A DNA stretch of 64,000 nt from Haliotis rubra (Eukaryota): assembly GCF_003918875.1 (NCBI RefSeq), contig NW_025766414.1, positions 1,054,001-1,118,000 on the forward strand. The letters are read 5' to 3'. Shown here piece by piece: positions 39,057 through 49,872 of the stretch (its first letter is position 1; the number at the start of each line of letters is the position of its first letter). The notes beneath the pieces were generated by a model, which was not told the origin of the DNA, did no database searches, and saw only the letters and a program-made list of their open reading frames with translations. The position numbers and the translations under genes are program-made.

Positions 39057-39994
39057 TTTGTCCATTCTGAAATCAGAATAAACAAGTCTCGCTGTTCCTG
39101 CATCCGTAATGTAAGCATAAGCAGGCTTTCCTGAAACTTTATGAACCACTATGTCGTTCTGGTACGTATGCATCTGTGGAGTGATATGGAGCTTCATGAA
39201 AATAATGAAATGGGATAACCCTGTCTGTGTTTATATCATTTATTCCCAGCTTCAAGGTACACACGTACTGTCCCGGCGGGCGACTCAGTTGAAGTCAGTA
39301 TCAATAACAACTCATGAAGTTGAATTAAAAATTCTTGAGATTGCTGGTGCCGTTCAGGGATTGAAACAAATTTGCTACTCCATCTATTTGCCGGACAAGA
39401 GAGTCAAGAGATCATCCTCCGACTCTGCGAGCAAATGCTCTGTGCACGACACAAAGGAGGCAGTCTACCCTCCCTGACAGACCCAGGGCGGTAAGTGACG
39501 TTTTTTTTTTTATAAGAAATAGATGAGTTACATCCTTCATTTGCCGATTGTAAGATAGACACATTAAGCGGAAATGCTACTGCTGTAATATCACGTATGC
39601 AGTCCAGCACTGCTGTGTCGAAGTTCGAAGTAAAAGCTGTATCTTCCACATTTCAGCATGATTTTGTGGTTGTGTCAAAAATGGGACAACTTGGTGTATT
39701 TACACAGGTCTCTTCAACTTCGAGACAGGTTTTGACTGTTAGTGTGTCAACAAACTGAACTGCACAAATAATGATACAAATGACCCCCCCAAAGCTACTT
39801 TATTGCAATGATGTATGTATTACTACATCCACAATTTTACCAATTGCAGTATAGAAACGTTCAACTGGGAAGGCAATATCACGTATATAATGACAAACTG
39901 AGCTAAAGAAATAATGAGAGAAAGGAGTCCGTCAAAGCTAATTTTATTGCAATAAGTATGCACTGCTACATCCACAGGTATACAATACAAAGAT

Positions 39995-41203
39995 TCACTT
40001 GGTTCCCAGGTACCCATTGTCGCCCAAATACAGTTTCCATATGAACATGTTAGGTCTCGAGAAGTTCATCGTTTGACCCATGAAGCTTACCAGATCATTC
40101 ACTGTGAACCAGAGTGAACCTTCATTGTCGAAAGCTAAGGTGTCCACCCATTTCATTCGCTGGTCATCATGAGCAACAAGAACCTGAGTGGTCAAAGTTA
40201 TGTCATCCGGTCCGGCTGCCATGTTCTCATCATTCATGAAATCCCACTGGTACACGCCATTTGAACTAAGAGCACTGTAATACATGAACTGCTTCCCAAA
40301 TGCCATACCATCAGACTGAGACTTCTTCACTCCGACTTTTTTAACAGATTGCTTGAATAACGCCTTAGGATTGGAGAGAACGGTTGTAGGTATTCGGTAC
40401 AAGCTGGTACCTGCTACAGGAGAGTAATACACGTACCTGAAGTCTGGCGACATGGCAATACCATCTATCGGGGTTGTTTGTGGGTAGGACTTGTTGCCGA
40501 TATGAACAACAGAAGATGGTGGAGATTCTGCTAACATGCTGCTGTCAGCAAAACTGAACGATTTGTCAGACCGGAAGTCGTAGGTCACTATATGTGCCAG
40601 TCTACTATCACTGATGTACGCAAGGACAGCTTTACCACCCGATCTGTGGAGGACGATGTCATTCAGGAAGGAAGACCTGGATGCAACATGATCAGGGAAA
40701 AGATGGGTTCGGACTATTCGTCTATGATTGATGTCGTAGATGATGAGTTTAGGAGGGCAGATCGTCTCTGCGGAGTCAGCGATTACACCAATTCCTGTGT
40801 CTATGATCCACATCCATCCCGTCAAGGGGTCGATCTCCATGCTCTGGGAGTATTGGATGGCGGAGCAGTCCCCAATAGTCTGCATCGACCAGCTGGGGAA
40901 GGGTCGGAGGATTGGCTTTCCGTCTTTCTCAATGATGACATTCAGCGTTGATGCAACACCTTTCTTCCATCTGGGAACTGTGACGTACACGCTTCCATTG
41001 TACACCTTGATCCCGGTAATGATGTTATTTTCGAGAACGAAGCTGCCATTCTTGATAAACTCCTGTTTAATGCTGTCACTCGGCCATTCATACTCTATTG
41101 AATCCAATTGATACTCAAGTGTCAAGTGTCCAACGTTTTGACCGAAAGTGTCTACAAGGCACAGACCAAGGGTTACCAAGCTGAACATTGTGCGTACAGA
41201 CAT
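39995..41203 (-). CDS. Yellow/MRJP-family secreted protein, copy B3 (402 aa, intronless)
   Basis: ATG at 41203 (MSVRTMFSLVTLGLCLVDTFG; the ORF track starts at an upstream TTG). TVPRWKKG, GDCSAIQ, GWMWIIDTG, PIDGIAMSPD; 3' UTR shared with B1/B2. Confidence 0.93.
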   Translation of the reverse strand: MSVRTMFSLVTLGLCLVDTFGQNVGHLTLEYQLDSIEYEWPSDSIKQEFIKNGSFVLENNIITGIKVYNGSVYVTVPRWKKGVASTLNVIIEKDGKPILRPFPSWSMQTIGDCSAIQYSQSMEIDPLTGWMWIIDTGIGVIADSAETICPPKLIIYDINHRRIVRTHLFPDHVASRSSFLNDIVLHRSGGKAVLAYISDSRLAHIVTYDFRSDKSFSFADSSMLAESPPSSVVHIGNKSYPQTTPIDGIAMSPDFRYVYYSPVAGTSLYRIPTTVLSNPKALFKQSVKKVGVKKSQSDGMAFGKQFMYYSALSSNGVYQWDFMNDENMAAGPDDITLTTQVLVAHDDQRMKWVDTLAFDNEGSLWFTVNDLVSFMGQTMNFSRPNMFIWKLYLGDNGYLGTK

Positions 41204-41790
41204 TGCCACACAGTGACTTGCGTTTACGAAGCCGTTATCAGCTCGTGTGTTGTAGATCAATGATAGCTCACGGGAAACGTGGTATGTTTAGACATGTTTA
41301 CCAGAGTATTATATCTCATACGCCATTGTCTGGCTATTGACGTTAAGTTTAAATAATATCTCCGAAGAATTCAAGCTCATACTGACTGAGTTTGGTTTTA
41401 CGCCGCTTTTAGCAATAATCAAGCTCATAAACAATACCCTGTTATGATATATGCGATCTCAGACAGCACATGCAAGCAGTGGTATGCAAGATTTACCATG
41501 TTTAATTAAACACGTTTGTGAGCAGACACATATTGTATTCTTGGTACCAAACGCTCAACATGTCATCGTCAAAATCCAGCCACCACTCTCACTCATGAGT
41601 AGAACACCAGTCGAGATGGCGTTGGTCGATTGAGGAGCATGGCACGACGAATTCGTGAATGCCTTGTCAACAGAGGTGGTTTTACCTCACATGAGTAATG
41701 TTGGCCGCACAATTTGACTCCGTCCTCTTTAACTACCTAATGGGCCAGCATCCCCTCACACCAGTATAACCCACTCGATCAGTGATCGCC

Positions 41791-41859
41791 TTCCATCCAA
41801 CAGATATGGTGATAGCACATCAATAACTGATGTGCTGTTACCATATCTGTTGGATGGAA
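41791..41859. repeat. 69-nt inverted repeat (32-bp stem, 5-nt loop)
   Basis: TTCCATCCAACAGATATGGTGATAGCACATCA-ataac-TGATGTGCTGTTACCATATCTGTTGGATGGAA. Confidence 0.9.
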
Positions 41860-42025
41860 AGCGTTGCATCGTCTGTACATGGAATGAATTAGCCGGTTGA
41901 TGAAGGCCATAGGCACTTGGGTCCATACTCTGTGAAAAGCCTGATCGAGTCCAGCAGCAGTTGTCGGTCTTAGGTGGAGGTCATTCAGTCTTCTTTGAAT
42001 CTCGTCCCAAAGGTGTTCTATTGGA
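41857..42025 (-). mobile_element. Internal fragment of the same Tc1 family as 35985-37542
   Basis: Near-identical (about 2 differences) to 36249-36417. Confidence 0.9.
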
Positions 42026-42329
42026 AATTATTTGTAAACAACATATGGACATGAAAATATATTTCGATAATACCCACTATCCCCTACGTATTTTAGCATA
42101 GCATATATATATATATATAATTTGTTGTTTAAGCTACGCTAAAGAGTGAGTGGGCTCGTTGTAACAGTATTCCTGTTACAAGGAGTGTAAGCTCAGTGTG
42201 GGAGAAAAGCTCACAGTAATTTAGGTAACGGGCGGTAACCGCTTCGGTGAAACGCACGTGTGATGTTTGAGAAACCTGAAATCGGACGCACAATCACTGG
42301 GATCCGGCGTGCGCTAGTGACAACAATGT

Positions 42330-42435
42330 TTTGCGCCGCTTTTAGCAATATTCAAGCAATATCACGGCGGGGTACACCAGAAATGGGTTTCACACACTGT
42401 ACCCATGTAGGAGAATGGAGCCCGGGTCTTCGGCG
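42330..42435 (-). mobile_element. SINE family A, partial
   Basis: CGCCGCTTTTAGCAATATT...CACCAGAAATGGG...CCCGGGTCTTCGGCG. Confidence 0.8.
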
Positions 42436-44574
42436 ATCACGTTTTATCACGTTGTTTCAGCTTGGTGTTGGAGGAGAGTTAGATGTGATGTAGGTCTTAA
42501 ACATCTTCGGTGAAACACACGTGCACCTATATGACAACAACAAACGTAAAAACAGATCGCAATAATTCTCAGCCTTTTGAAATCCGACGCGATTTCCTGC
42601 ATCACTATTGTACACACAACCATGAAACCAAACATTTGTCAGACATCGTTTTTTCATTTACCATGACATGGAGTCAGAAACCAGAGGTGTGGTGCAGGGG
42701 TGCGGACCCCAACTTTTGTCCTGAAAATTTATTAATGACCTTTGAAACTGTCGTTAAATAGGGTGAAAATGAACTGTGCGCCCTCCTTCCTAAAAAAAGC
42801 TGTATCCGACCCTGGAAACGATGTAATTTCTTGGATTTGCCGCTTACTTATACATTTTTTGTACATACATAATTTACCCTTTAACAAAGGAATGGCTCAT
42901 TTGGATAAGGAGGCGCATTTAGCCATGAGAGTGGACGATAGAAGAGAATCTTGTACTGAATTGCGTTCATAATTCTAAATGAACACTGACATTTTCATTA
43001 CTGATTAATATAATGGTCTTTTGTCCAAAACAACCCTAACACTAAAAGGTATGCAACAACACACACGTTCCTAAATGAGAACACTGAAATATTCAAGAAT
43101 CTATATGTCTCATCACATGACTGTGTATAGGTCATGTCTAACGACAAAAATACATTTCTATTCATGGCAAATCTCTACTAAAAGCAGAGTCCATTCCTGC
43201 ATTTGGTTGGGATATCTTTTCTAACGTTACTTGTCTATTCTGAGGTATGATTTCATACACCCTCCGGTTGCTATTGAGGTTAGTTGGGTGATATTCATAT
43301 GAGGGACAGGGGAAAACAGTTAGCAAAAGATCTACTAGAAATACACAGCAAATATAGATTAATATATAATGTATAACTTGTGGTTAACATAAGGAACATA
43401 AAAAAAATATTTTTGTTATAGGTAGATTCTATTTTTGTCTTTGGATTTTATCGGAGAAATAAATATTTAAAACTTTCATTGACAAAATTTTAAAACATAC
43501 TTTAAAACATATCTGGCCAATTCTCTCATTGAAGGAGTTCAATACAAATGTTTTCACATTTCAATGAAGAAAGCAACACATACTTAATCAAAACAGTTTA
43601 TTCTAACTTTGAATATTATCTTAACAGGAAATTGAATGAAACATAATTTTCAACAAATACACCAATTGTATAATTACGATCCAACTCTTAACTATTTGGT
43701 TAACAATGATACATATCACGTTCTGTCCGAGGTGAACAAGAATACATTTATAAGTAACCTTTATAGACTGCAACACATTCTCTGATTCCACAGATAAAAC
43801 AACAACTGTGAATGGTGGAATTTTAGAACTGATTGTGTGGCATTCAGTAACACATCAGCTTTGAATACACAGAAGTTTATTCGTTTCAACTGTGGGAAAC
43901 AGGTCCTTTCTTCTTTCAAATAATTAAAAGTAATTTTTATAACCAGAATATTTAATTCCCAACACATCTCTAAGCGATCAAAAATTGAAATTCATGTTAT
44001 ATAACATGTGATAATGGTAGATGATAAGAGTCTCTACTGCTCTGCCCAGTATGATAGTTGAATTACAGCATGTCAACTTAATGTTGGAGTGAGTATGGTG
44101 TTATGACACTTTTACAGCTTTAAAACATTGTACCCATGTGGGAAACGAACCTTGGTCTTTGACATGACGAGCAAAAGATTAAACCACTTGGCAAATCCAC
44201 CGACCCTTAATGTATGAAGTGATGGAGTTCTTCGATGTTCAGCACTTCAGTGAAACCTGTGTGCATCCATACAATGCTTATAAAACTAGGGATTATAAAT
44301 GTTAAATCTGTGATTTCTACCCATATCCTGCACACACAAAGGGACAAAACTCTGCAGAATATTAGAAGGTAAAGACTTGAGATGAAATACAAGAAATATA
44401 TAGCATTTGTTTGGCTTATATCAATCATACAAAATAAATTTGATAAAGACGTGTTTGGATATCACAGTATGTTCTGCTGAGGTTTTTTGTTTTAAATATA
44501 TCAGATATGATACATGGGGACTGGAAATGTTATGTGCATAGAACAAACAACATAACACTGCTGATGATGAACTG

Positions 44575-44720
44575 GTTGAGTGAGTGAATATGGTTTTAGC
44601 CATTGGCAATACTTGTGCCACGTCAGAGGACACCAGAAATGGGGCATAACATATTGACACCATGTGGAAATCGAACCTGGACCTTCATGACACATTAATA
44701 CTTCAACCACGAGGCTCCCT
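44575..44720 (-). mobile_element. Diverged SINE family A copy (another at ~44085-44206)
   Basis: (GAGT)n tail, GACACCAGAAATGGG, CATGTGGAAATCGAACC. Confidence 0.7.
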
Positions 44721-46698
44721 TACTGTTCCATAGATGATAGAAGAGCCATTTGTGTACATTTTTGTGGATTTATAAATAGGACTGATAGGTTGGTCAATAA
44801 TCTACACTGACCCTGTACTGTAGATATTGAACCAACCTTTGGAGCACCATTTGATTGAAAGTAAGATTTTTCACATGAATCGTTTGTTTAGAAATATGAC
44901 AAAAATCAATAGTTGAAAATATGCAAACGTCATTTGTTGAGTATAACAGTAAAAATCAATAGATGAGTGATTTTGCTCATTGGATGAATAGTTTCTAAGA
45001 TACAGATTATTATTAAAAGACCTTGCCCCAATTCTCATCTCCAACCTCATAAATTAAATGGATGCTATCTTAATGGAAAACATTTGTGATCCACCGACAA
45101 AAGCAAACTGAAAAAGTCTTTATATTGTTATCTGGAGGCATTTAAAACATGAAGAGGATTTGGTTTTGCATGAGAAGTTTAACATTTCAGAGGATGTGGA
45201 GATATAGGTTCTGCTATACTGCCACCTTGTATTAAAGCCATTGGAAAACAAGTGAACACTGAATGTTTAATGGAAACAGATAAGGCCAATGAATGAAAAA
45301 CTAACATCAAATATTAACCTAATCTATGAAAATACATATCTACTGAAAACATACTTTTAGAGAAATATTGGAAATATTTTCTGAGAATAGTCTAATCTAT
45401 GGTTGATGTTTAGACCAGACCAATTTTATTTGTTGTTTTACAGATTTTTGTCTTCAGAAAACCTAAAGGCAGGAAGGGAAAAAATATATAAAATCAAAGT
45501 AATATTCCTTTCATATACTACAGGTATTTTACTTTATGCAGTGTATATTGGCAAAAAACAACCTATAAAAATTGTCTTGTAAGTTTACATTTTTGGCCAA
45601 TAAAAACATTACGATTATATTTTTTGAGCAGGAAAATTAATTTTGATATTTTTTCTTATTCTTGAAAAGATATGATCGTCGCGGATCCGTAAAACAAGAA
45701 ATAAAACTGGTCTGGCCTTATGACATAACATGTATGACATATAGTATAATGCAAAGAAACTACATTGTTTCTGGAGGCTCAGGAATCTACTTCTATCTTT
45801 AAAATTTGATTGTCTTGCTATAGGAATACAAAATAAGAACAAAAGGTTATTTGCTCTCAATGCCATTCTTGAAAATTCTTGCACAAACACACATGACTAT
45901 TGCAGTATAACTTATGGTATAAATAACCTATTTTTTATAGCACACTGATATAATCTCTAAGTATAAATAGTTAATGAAGTTCCCAGATAGAAAACTCTGG
46001 AGATAACACTTACAAAAGCAGATACAACTGTTCAAATATATTTGAAGAAAAAGGAATGTTCTCTGAAATTCAGATGACTTGCCTTCTCACGATTTATTAC
46101 CAAGCTGAAGCTGAAAAATGATAACATCAAATCAAACCCCCATTTTGAAATATCACACATTTATGAATAATACATGTGTTTTCCTTAACATGATAAATAT
46201 AAACTAAAACACAAACAGTTTGATGATGGTATAAAAGTCTTTGGCCTTAAAATATAAAACAGCATTATATGGGCATGTTTTTCTTGTTTCATGGAAAAAT
46301 GATTATTGAGGGAAATGTAACCCATTGAATACAACATGAGCAGCCATAAAATGTCCCCTAAAATGTTCCCTAAAGTCCTAATCTGAGTATAGGTGAAGAG
46401 AGAATTGAGGAAATTGAAATCTTTGGATCATGTGACTGAAGACAGTATTCTTGTTATCCAAGCAAAGGTTGTAGGACAGGGGCAAACATGATTTGAAGAA
46501 GGCTTCAGGAAATGCAGCATGTCAGTTCAACCTGGGAGGATAGCCTACATGACAGAGTTGAATGTATGGCTATTGTTCTGACCAACAATGAAGTCAGGTG
46601 ATTCAATCTGGGATTGAAACCCATGGACTTGTAGCACAGCTAGGGGAGGTAACTCTGGAAACTGCTGTGGCACATTCACACTGTAAAGGAATCAGGGA

Positions 46699-46889
46699 CT
46701 GACTGACTGACTGACTGAGTTTGGTTTTACGCCGCTTTTAGCAATATTCCAGCAACATCACGGCCGGGGGAGACCAGAAATGGGGGACACCAGAAATAGG
46801 CTTCACACATTGTACCCATGTGGGATTCGAACCTGGGTCTTCGGAGTGACGAGCCAACGCTTTAACCACTAGGCTACCCCACCGCCCCC
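46699..46889 (-). mobile_element. SINE family A, full length with TSD and small internal duplication
   Basis: TSD AGGAATCAGGGA (46687-46698, 46892-46903); (GACT)n tail; duplicated ACCAGAAAT segment. Confidence 0.92.
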
Positions 46890-49444
46890 AGAGGAATCAG
46901 GGATGTGTAGGGTTCTGTAGCTGTCCCACTGGTTTCCTTTGCTAGAGTACAATATTCATCATTGCGCCCATTCCTAAATACATACTATTGTTGTAACACA
47001 CAAAAAGGGACTACTAATTTATCTTGTTATAACTGGGTTTTTTTTGTTATAATAAACAAATAGTTCATTACACCTGCCAGTTCATTACAAGCTTGTTTGC
47101 TATAAACATAAGTTACCTTACCTAGCACTCTTAAATATAAGTCTTCCCCTATAAGGGAGAAACTTCCTCAGATCACTGCAGATATATGTGAAGTTTACAC
47201 ATGTTTGGAAACTCAGCAAGATTCATAATGTGTACCTCTCATGCTAGACTAACAACTAGTCTCTGAAATGAACATACTTTACTGAAAAAAGTTCATATTA
47301 AAACAAAAATAAGATATAATGAAAAGGAGCCCTAAAACTTTCTTCATTTTCAGAGGAAATCTAGACTTGCCACATTTTCTAGACTTGCGTTGGCTTTCTT
47401 GGATATAATTGCTTCAGGGTCTGTACGACAGACTACTGTCATGAAAATATCTTAATATAGAACAGATACCTAGCTGTATTCTTAGAAACCAAAGGCTGCT
47501 GTTTCACACGATTCTGCTTACTTGCCGAAGCTCACCGTGCAGATAATACACCTACGTGGGAGGCTTTGTATTGTTTCAAAATTATAATACATGGTCCAGT
47601 AATATAGATAGAACCCTAACAATAAACCATTTGAGACAGCTAAACCCTGGCCTCCAACTGTGCTGATTTTAATACCAAATATTCGTAATTTTTTACAGCA
47701 GAGTTGAAATCGTTTAAATGGGTGTTTCTCTCCTGACTTCTTTTCACAACATTCCATGAAACAGGAAAAATGTTACCTTGACATGAATAAATACATAATA
47801 TAGGTCAATCTGACTAGATAACACTTTATACATAATACATCCTTCACCAGAACAATCATTATCAATAACACATTAAATGAGATCATTTCAAACCCTCAAT
47901 AGAAGATTATTTGAATTCAAGATATTACAATGTGACTAAATCTATAATTGAATTATTAACAATTATGTGCAATACACCAAAGTTACCATGGCAACAGGTA
48001 CTTGTTTTTAACAAATACAATCTGCTTGTACAAATGAGGGCAGATTGTAATTTATGGTACATGCACACATGAATTATCTAGGAGAAACAAAGCAACGAAC
48101 ACTGTACAGCGGGATCATCATCCGGGGTTCAGATGACGGAGTATAACTTACATGTTAAATGTCATTCCTCATGTTTAAAACCATGTTATGATAACATGAC
48201 TGTTTTACAAACATCAATGATAACTCCTTGCTCATGTTAGTTTTGTATGAACGCATGATTTAGTGATGAGAGTAGGTAATTAAATCATCCTTTTTGCGCA
48301 TATTTCATAGTGAAATCTCCCAATGCAAAAATTTGAAATTAAAAGAAATAGTCACAAGTTAAATATGGTTAAGTAGATTGTAAGTTTATAAAAGGTTCCT
48401 TGAAATTTAAGTTAATGGAATAAGATGACCTGATATTGTTATATTTACTTAATAAAAACCAGAGTTATCTATAAAACATAAACAGTCCACTGAAAACTTT
48501 ACTTTGAATATCAATGTAAGCTTTACTGTACCCTCAGTAATATCATTCAAATCAGTTCAAACATAACAATAACAATGGCTTCTTCCATCTAATGCACCAG
48601 CAACTCAGTGACCTTGACCTTGGGGAAAAGACTAACACTGTCCAAAACCCACACCAAAAGCATGAAGATTCAATAAATGTATGTAATGAGTATACCCCTA
48701 GTGTAGATATAAGAACATCTATATGGGACAGTCCTGACCTTGGGTACATCTTCCATACATCCAAGGTCTTGTTCACATCATGTCCTTCCAACAACCTGTG
48801 GAGACTCATTCTAGAAAGCACTTTCTGACTTCGATACATTTAACAAGTTAATCAAGCCATGGTCTGGGTCCAGCAAGTTCTCAGACCAATGAGTGTCCAG
48901 TTTTCTTTGCACAAATGACATTGTTCCTCCAGGAATACGTGCCTTTCAGTTCCTGTCTACACAATGCCAAAATGTCTGGCAATGAAACATCATGCCTCCT
49001 CCTTTGGGGAGTCATAAACCCATTTTACTAGTTGGTTAAAGATAGACACATGTCACTGTTACACTGCAAAGCAAACATATATATTCGTGGCTGAATGTGA
49101 GGGTAAGATAAAATAACATATGAAGTATCGACAATGAAAGGACGATGAACACACAAGTATTTCCTGCCTCAGGAGATCCTTGCTGAGAACACCGGCAGGA
49201 TCCTCTACTATACATGTCTATTTCTTACGATATGTTTTCTACTCAAGATGCATCTCTCAGCACCTTAACAAATACCTGCAAAGTTGTTTAAAACAAAAAA
49301 TCTATTTCCAACCAAAATATTTAGTGCATATAAAGGCAATTGGTTTGGAAATTCTAGCCACAAAAACTTTAACAATATTTTTCTACGATCATCTGAACTG
49401 ACCATGTGATGGTCAATGCCAAGTCAGCATGAGATGTTATGCAT

Positions 49445-49872
49445 ATGTTACTGTGTGAGGGACTCAGAGCTGTGCTTCACAAACACCAAGTTCTGGACAG
49501 TACAAGCGAAATACACAAATATTTTAAACAAAGCGTTTCACAACCACCAAGTAGCACATACCTACAATAACACAGCCTTACAACCTTAATACACAAATAT
49601 TTTAAACAATCGTTGTTACTGTGTGATGGACTCAGAGCCGTGTTTCACAACCACCAAGTTCTGGACAGTACAAGCGGAGTAGCACATACCTACAATAACA
49701 CAGCCTTACAACCTTAATACACAAATATTTTAAACAATCGTTGTTACTGTGTGAGGGACTCAGAGCCGTGTTTCACAACCACCAAGTTCTGGACAGTACA
49801 AGCGAAGTAGCACATACCTACAATAACACAGTCTTACAACCTTAATACACAAATATTTTAAACAATCGTTGT
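49445..49872. repeat. 128-bp tandem repeat, about 3.3 copies
   Basis: TGTTACTGTGTGAGGGACTCAGAGCCGTGTTTCACAACCACCAAGTTCTGGACAGTACAAGCG...; period 49614 to 49742. Confidence 0.9.

Larger units (their letters stand above)
37545..39340 (-). pseudogene. Yellow/MRJP pseudogene (A-type, pseudo-A3), 5'-truncated and interrupted by insertions
   Basis: Segments 37545-37695, 38441-38817 and 39057-39340 align collinearly with A2 (e.g. CATCCGTAATGTAAGCATAAGCAGGCTTTCCTGAAACTTTATGAA). Many indels; A2-like 3' flank lies at 35957-35982, left of the Tc1. Confidence 0.88.

Noticed and set aside
25880-41111. Recurrent plus-strand ORFs antisense to the yellow genes (e.g. 26517, 32539, 40740)
   Set aside because: Antisense shadows that recur only because the sense genes are paralogous.
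25760-41203. Bacterial contamination as the source of the intronless genes
   Set aside because: The genes are interleaved with animal Tc1/SINE elements, have poly(A) signals and kb-scale spacers, and show no operon structure.
41204-41260. N-terminal extension of B3 in the ORF track (also the 2-codon extensions of A1/A2)
   Set aside because: They start at TTG/GTG. Paralog alignment and signal-peptide position support the downstream ATGs.
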